DNA of 64,000 bases from a bacterium (lineage in GTDB: Bacteria > SZUA-182 > SZUA-191 > JAJRXT01), in assembly GCA_024277675.1 (NCBI GenBank), contig JAJRUS010000047.1, positions 37,791 to 101,790 of the forward strand, in the 5' to 3' direction. Position numbers and translations under genes: made by a program. Shown one piece after another: positions 59,668 to 64,000 of the stretch. Under the pieces are notes generated by a model, which was given only the letters and a program-made list of their open reading frames with translations, had not been told where the DNA came from and did not search any database. How positions within the stretch are numbered: position 1 is the first letter of the stretch; every line of letters begins with the position of its first letter.

Positions 59668-59696
59668 GACAGTATCGACCAACAAGTATACAATTA
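59668..59696 (+). promoter_or_regulatory. Sigma-70 promoter (TTGACA-17-TACAAT) upstream of the mreC operon
   Basis: TTGACAGTATCGACCAACAAGTATACAAT. Perfect -35, 17-bp spacer, near-consensus -10. Confidence 0.55.
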
Positions 59697-59910
59697 CAAT
59701 TAATTAGCAAAACACCAGTTGAAACCCTGATGGACAGGAAAGTCTTTTTATCACGCCCGGCTGATACAAAAACAGTCTGCATTGTGACCTCTTAGGGAAA
59801 TTTTACTCTTTAAATGTCCCACCGAAGGCAGCAGCACCCTTTTTTTAAGCATTATCTTAAAGAAGCGGGGTTCATATCTAAAAACAGTAACAACTGATTC
59901 TGGTCGATTT

Positions 59911-60720
59911 ATGCCTAAGACAAAAAAAAAATATAAGCCGCTAATAACAATCATAGTTATTGCCATGCTGGCTATTTTCTTAATGACGGTCCAGATTCGC
60001 ACCGGCCAGCGCCCCACATTTATAGCTCGCCACATAATACACTTATATAGCTCAACCCATAAACTGGCAAACTATGCAATTCACCCGATTATTGAGCTGT
60101 GGGAAACCTATGCCTGGCTGATCGGAATTAAACAAGATAATATCAAGCTTCAAACCGAGGTAGACCGACTTAAAGAAATAAACAATCATTACCTGGAATA
60201 CAAGAAGGAAAATCAGCGGCTGCGGTTGTTGCTGGAGTTTAAAAAAGAGGCCAGTATTGTTGTATTTCCTGCCCAAATAGTTGGGAAGGATCCCTCCAGT
60301 TGGTTTAAAACTGTTATTATAGGCAAGGGCGCTGATGACGGCATAGAAAAGAATCAGGCCGTAGTAACCCATCAAGGAGTAGTGGGGCATATTATTGAGG
60401 TAACCCCTAAAGCGGCTAAGGTGCTGCTTATTTCCGATCAAAACAGTAGTGTGGCGGTAATTATCCAGGCAAGCCGGGCGGAGGGAATCATGGTGGGGGT
60501 GCAGCAGGGACGCTGTAAAATAAATTATCTGGCCCGAACCGCCGAGGTACGGGAAGGGGATGTGGTAATCACCTCCGGGCTGGGCGGCATATTTCCTAAA
60601 GGCTTGAGGGTGGGTGAGGTAACCCAGATCAAAAAGAAAACTTATGGCCTCTTCCAGGATGCCGAGGTGCGTCCTTATGTTGATTTTTCCAAGCTGGAAG
60701 AGGTATTAATCATTCGTTGA
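59911..60720 (+). CDS. mreC: Rod shape-determining protein MreC
   Basis: 269 aa. N-terminal TM. Coiled coil (LKEINNHYLEYKKENQRLR). C-terminal beta domain. Confidence 0.85.
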   Translation: MPKTKKKYKPLITIIVIAMLAIFLMTVQIRTGQRPTFIARHIIHLYSSTHKLANYAIHPIIELWETYAWLIGIKQDNIKLQTEVDRLKEINNHYLEYKKENQRLRLLLEFKKEASIVVFPAQIVGKDPSSWFKTVIIGKGADDGIEKNQAVVTHQGVVGHIIEVTPKAAKVLLISDQNSSVAVIIQASRAEGIMVGVQQGRCKINYLARTAEVREGDVVITSGLGGIFPKGLRVGEVTQIKKKTYGLFQDAEVRPYVDFSKLEEVLIIR

Positions 60721-60739
60721 TTATGCCTTACTGATAATT

Positions 60740-61246
60740 ATGAAGAAATTTTTAACTATAGGGTTGGTTTTCGCCGCTTTATTTATCCAGACCACCAGCT
60801 TTGATTTCTTCACTTTCCGGGGCATTAAGCCCGACTTAGGACTTATTTTGGTAATCTACTTCGCCTTATTGCACGGCCCAATAACCACTATCGGCGCCGG
60901 CATAGCAATCGGCCTGCTTGAAGACATCCTCTCCGGGGGATTGATGGGACTCAACCTGTTTACCAAGCCGCTCATCGGTTATCTCTTCAGCCTCATAGGC
61001 CATCAGGTGGTGGTGGTCAATCCGGTCAATCAAGGGGTGCTGGTATTTTTAGGCAGTTTGCTTAACGGGGGGTTGACCTACCTCATCCTTAAGGTTACCC
61101 CTGTAATTATCCCTGGAAAAGCGCTGCTGTTTAAGCTTATCTTTTTGCAGGCAATTTACAATGGATTATTGGGTGTTATATTAATTCCTATTTTGCAACG
61201 CTTATACTGCAGTTCCCATAAAAAGAGAAAGTCAATGGTACGTTAA
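60740..61246 (+). CDS. mreD: Rod shape-determining protein MreD
   Basis: 168 aa. Polytopic membrane protein between mreC and mrdA. Confidence 0.75.
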   Translation: MKKFLTIGLVFAALFIQTTSFDFFTFRGIKPDLGLILVIYFALLHGPITTIGAGIAIGLLEDILSGGLMGLNLFTKPLIGYLFSLIGHQVVVVNPVNQGVLVFLGSLLNGGLTYLILKVTPVIIPGKALLFKLIFLQAIYNGLLGVILIPILQRLYCSSHKKRKSMVR

Positions 61247-61251
61247 GCATT

Positions 61252-63108
61252 ATGCGCATATCCAGCAAGGGCACCTATCTACATAAAAAGCGCCGGATTC
61301 TGGCCTTTACTTTTCTGGTCATCATCGCCTTTGCCACCCTCATCTTAAGGTTGTGGTATCTACAAATAATCCAGTACGCTACCTACAGCGATCTTTCTAA
61401 AAACAATCGTATCCGCCTGGTGCGGATCAAATCCCCCCGTGGAATTATTTATGATAAGAATATGATTCCGCTGGTTACCAATCGGCCTGTCTTTGATGCT
61501 TCCTTAATCAAAGAAGATATTAGTGGAAAGCTTAAAGATGTACTTAAACCTGTAAGCGGCTTTCTGAAAATGGATCCAGCCCAACTAAAAGCCTTGGTCG
61601 CTCAAAAGCATCAGCCATTTCAACCCATAGTTCTTAAGCACAATCTGGATTTTAAAGAAGTGGCACAACTTGAGGAACATCAGCTTGAATTATCTGGAAT
61701 AATGGTACAGGTAAGCCCGGGGCGCAGCTACCCCTTTGGTCAATTAGCCGCTCATCTGCTCGGCTATATGGGGGAAATCAGTGAACGACAATTAAAACGC
61801 CCTCAATACCGAAAATTCAAATTAGGAGATTTTATCGGTCAGGCCGGGATTGAAAAAACATTCAATTCGGTACTTACCGGGACTGATGGTGGAAAGCAAG
61901 TTGAGGTGAATGCCCAGGGCAGAGAACTCAAGGTATTAGGCGAACTGGAGCCTAAACCTGGATTGAATTTGATACTAACCCTGGATAGTCGTCTACAAAT
62001 GCTGGCCGAAAAATTGTTTGAGGAAAAAACCGGAGCCCTGGTGGCCTTGAATCCTCAAAATGGAAAAGTGCTCTGCATGGTAAGCAAGCCCGCCTTTGAT
62101 CCTAATAAATTCGCTACAGGCATTTCCCAACTGGAATGGAATAAGATATTGTCTGATTCAAATGATCCCCTGCAAAACAGAGTCATCCAAAGCTATTATC
62201 CGCCGGGTTCGGTGTTTAAAATATTAACCGCTACCGCCGCTCTGGAGGAAAATATAATTGACAGTGCGACTTCCCTGACCTGTAACGGAGTATTTCGCCT
62301 CGGGCGTGGGAGTTATGATTGCTGGAAGCGGGGCGGACACGGCAAATTACAGGTTCACCAGGCGCTGGTTCACTCCTGCAATGTGTTTTTCTACCAACTG
62401 GGCAATCGCCTGGGCATTGAAAACATTGCTTACTGGGCCTTTAAGATGGGCTTAGGAAAGGCCACCGGCATCGACCTGCCGGATGAAAAAACCGGGCTGG
62501 TGCCCACTCCAGAATGGAAGCTTAAAAATATCGGGGAAAAATGGCAACCGGGAGAGACCATTTCTATTTCCATCGGCCAGGGTTATTTATCGGTCACCCC
62601 TATTCAATTGGCCAATCTGGTCAGCGCCATAGCCAATGGCGGCATTCTGTATAAACCCTGGATAGTTGATCGCATCCTCAATGCTGATGGGCAAACCAAA
62701 CGTATATACCATCCGGAAGTGTTAGCCAAGCCAAGTCCCGCTGACTCAACTTTACAGATAATACGCCGCGGGCTTTATGGGGTGGTCAATGAACAAGGAA
62801 CCGGCGCCCGGGCCCGGGTAGCCGGTTTGAGTATTGCCGGCAAAACTGGTACCGCCCAGGTGGTAAGCAAGCAAGCCACCGCAGAAACCGATGGGGAAGA
62901 AATTCCGCTCGAGCTTAAGGATCATGCCTGGTTTGTGGCCTTTGCTCCGGTGGATAATGCCGAAATTGCCTTAGCGGTGATGGTGGAACATGGCGGTCAC
63001 GGTGGAAGTGCCTCGGCTCCGATTGCCAGGGAATTAATTAAGGAATACTTTAAACTAAAGGGAACCTGGCCCCCACTCAAAAAGGCGCCGCCGGCTTCCA
63101 CTTCATAA
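61252..63108 (+). CDS. mrdA: Penicillin-binding protein 2 (peptidoglycan D,D-transpeptidase)
   Basis: 618 aa. SVFK (SxxK), SCN (HSCNVFF) and KTGT (GKTGTAQV) motifs. Confidence 0.9.
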   Translation: MRISSKGTYLHKKRRILAFTFLVIIAFATLILRLWYLQIIQYATYSDLSKNNRIRLVRIKSPRGIIYDKNMIPLVTNRPVFDASLIKEDISGKLKDVLKPVSGFLKMDPAQLKALVAQKHQPFQPIVLKHNLDFKEVAQLEEHQLELSGIMVQVSPGRSYPFGQLAAHLLGYMGEISERQLKRPQYRKFKLGDFIGQAGIEKTFNSVLTGTDGGKQVEVNAQGRELKVLGELEPKPGLNLILTLDSRLQMLAEKLFEEKTGALVALNPQNGKVLCMVSKPAFDPNKFATGISQLEWNKILSDSNDPLQNRVIQSYYPPGSVFKILTATAALEENIIDSATSLTCNGVFRLGRGSYDCWKRGGHGKLQVHQALVHSCNVFFYQLGNRLGIENIAYWAFKMGLGKATGIDLPDEKTGLVPTPEWKLKNIGEKWQPGETISISIGQGYLSVTPIQLANLVSAIANGGILYKPWIVDRILNADGQTKRIYHPEVLAKPSPADSTLQIIRRGLYGVVNEQGTGARARVAGLSIAGKTGTAQVVSKQATAETDGEEIPLELKDHAWFVAFAPVDNAEIALAVMVEHGGHGGSASAPIARELIKEYFKLKGTWPPLKKAPPASTS

Positions 63109-63141
63109 ACTGATATTTATATATAAATTGGGGTAACCTGA

Positions 63142-64000
63142 TAATGTTTGACAGGCGATTAATTCTTCATTTCGACTGGCTGTTATTGCTAATTACTATG
63201 TTGGTGTGTTTTGAAGGAGTAATAGTAATATATAGCGCCACCTATAACATGGGCGACCAATTTTATATAAAGCAAATATACTGGGTGCTGATGGGCCTGG
63301 GAGCCATGTTGGTTGTAATAAGCATCGACTACCGCGCTTGGGGCAGATCCGCCTATGCATTATATGCAATCAACATAATCCTTTTAATCGTGGTATTGAT
63401 GGGCGGACCAACCAGTCAGAAAGTCGGAAGGTGGCTTAAATTTGGTGGCTTCAGCGTTCAACCTTCCGAATTCATGAAAATCACTTTTATTCTTACACTG
63501 GCCACTTATTTTAAACGAAGCAAAGATCGCAGCAGTTCTATCCGCGATGTTTTCATTCCCTTATTTTTACTGTTAATTCCACTGGCTTTAATTGTAAAAC
63601 AACCCGATCTGGGCACGGCGATTACGCTGATTCCCATATTCTTATCTATCTTATTTATTGCCGGCATTGAGTTCAGATATATTTCATACATTGTCCTGCC
63701 GAGTATTTTATTTGCTCCTTTTGCCTGGGGATTGCTCAAGGAATACCAACGCGATCGCATTCTGGTTTTTCTTAATCCCAACGCCGACCCGCTGGGCGCA
63801 GGTTATCACTTAATACAATCCAAAATTGCAGTGGGATCAGGCAGCTTATGGGGCAAGGGATTTTTAATGGGCACTCAAAACAGACTCAATTTCCTGCCCG
63901 CCCAGTATACTGATTTCATATTTTCAGTGTTGTCGGAGGAATGGGGATTCATCGGGGCTCTATTGACATTAGGGCTTATCTTATTTATTATCTTGAGAGG
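63142..64000 (+). CDS. rodA: Rod shape-determining protein RodA (SEDS family), C-terminus beyond the window
   Basis: ATG at 63142. MFDRRLILHFDWLLLLIT... multi-TM SEDS protein. The ORF runs off the window edge. Confidence 0.85.

Overview
This 64-kb window looks like a chromosomal segment of a moderately AT-rich, probably anaerobic bacterium. I cannot assign a phylum from sequence alone.

The first ~17.5 kb is a cell-surface glycan (EPS/O-antigen-like) biosynthesis locus. It holds GT4 glycosyltransferases, two SAM methyltransferases, a DegT-type aminotransferase, a Wzx-like flippase and a Wzy/O-antigen-ligase-like protein. It also holds a radical-SAM/SPASM enzyme, an ArnT/PMT-like membrane glycosyltransferase, a 964-aa secreted Fn3-containing protein and a PEP-CTERM/XrtA-type polysaccharide deacetylase. 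It runs into cobalamin nucleotide-loop genes (cobC-like, cobU).

The remainder is mostly housekeeping: pheA, tRNA-Ser(GCU), tRNA-Gln(CUG), dusB, manC-like, a MinD/ParA ATPase, hflK and hflC, proB, obg, rplU-rpmA, a cysteine-desulfurase-like gene, ecfT, truA, proS, cobS, ridA, larC-larB, gpsA and mreC-mreD-mrdA-rodA. Accessory modules are interspersed among these.

The accessory modules are:
1. A sensor kinase with a periplasmic CXXCH heme-c motif, paired with an NtrC-type sigma-54 activator.
2. Three tandem secreted FGE/SUMF1-domain paralogs, with a fourth elsewhere.
3. A sigma-54-driven single-domain response regulator.
4. An AT-rich inserted island between hflC and proB. It carries a zinc-ribbon protein, a Dgt-like HD-domain dGTPase and a beta-class DNA methyltransferase fused to an Mrr-like nuclease domain. 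This is a candidate composite defence system.
5. A hicAB pair, an orphan HicB-like protein and a DUF433 remnant.

I also found a previously unannotated family of ~137-bp elements with terminal inverted repeats (3 copies). They sit at gene 3' ends and in two cases supply the stop codon. Two conserved genes (hflC and a YdjM-like hydrolase) are each interrupted by a single in-frame stop. Recurring palindromic motifs occur in promoter regions.
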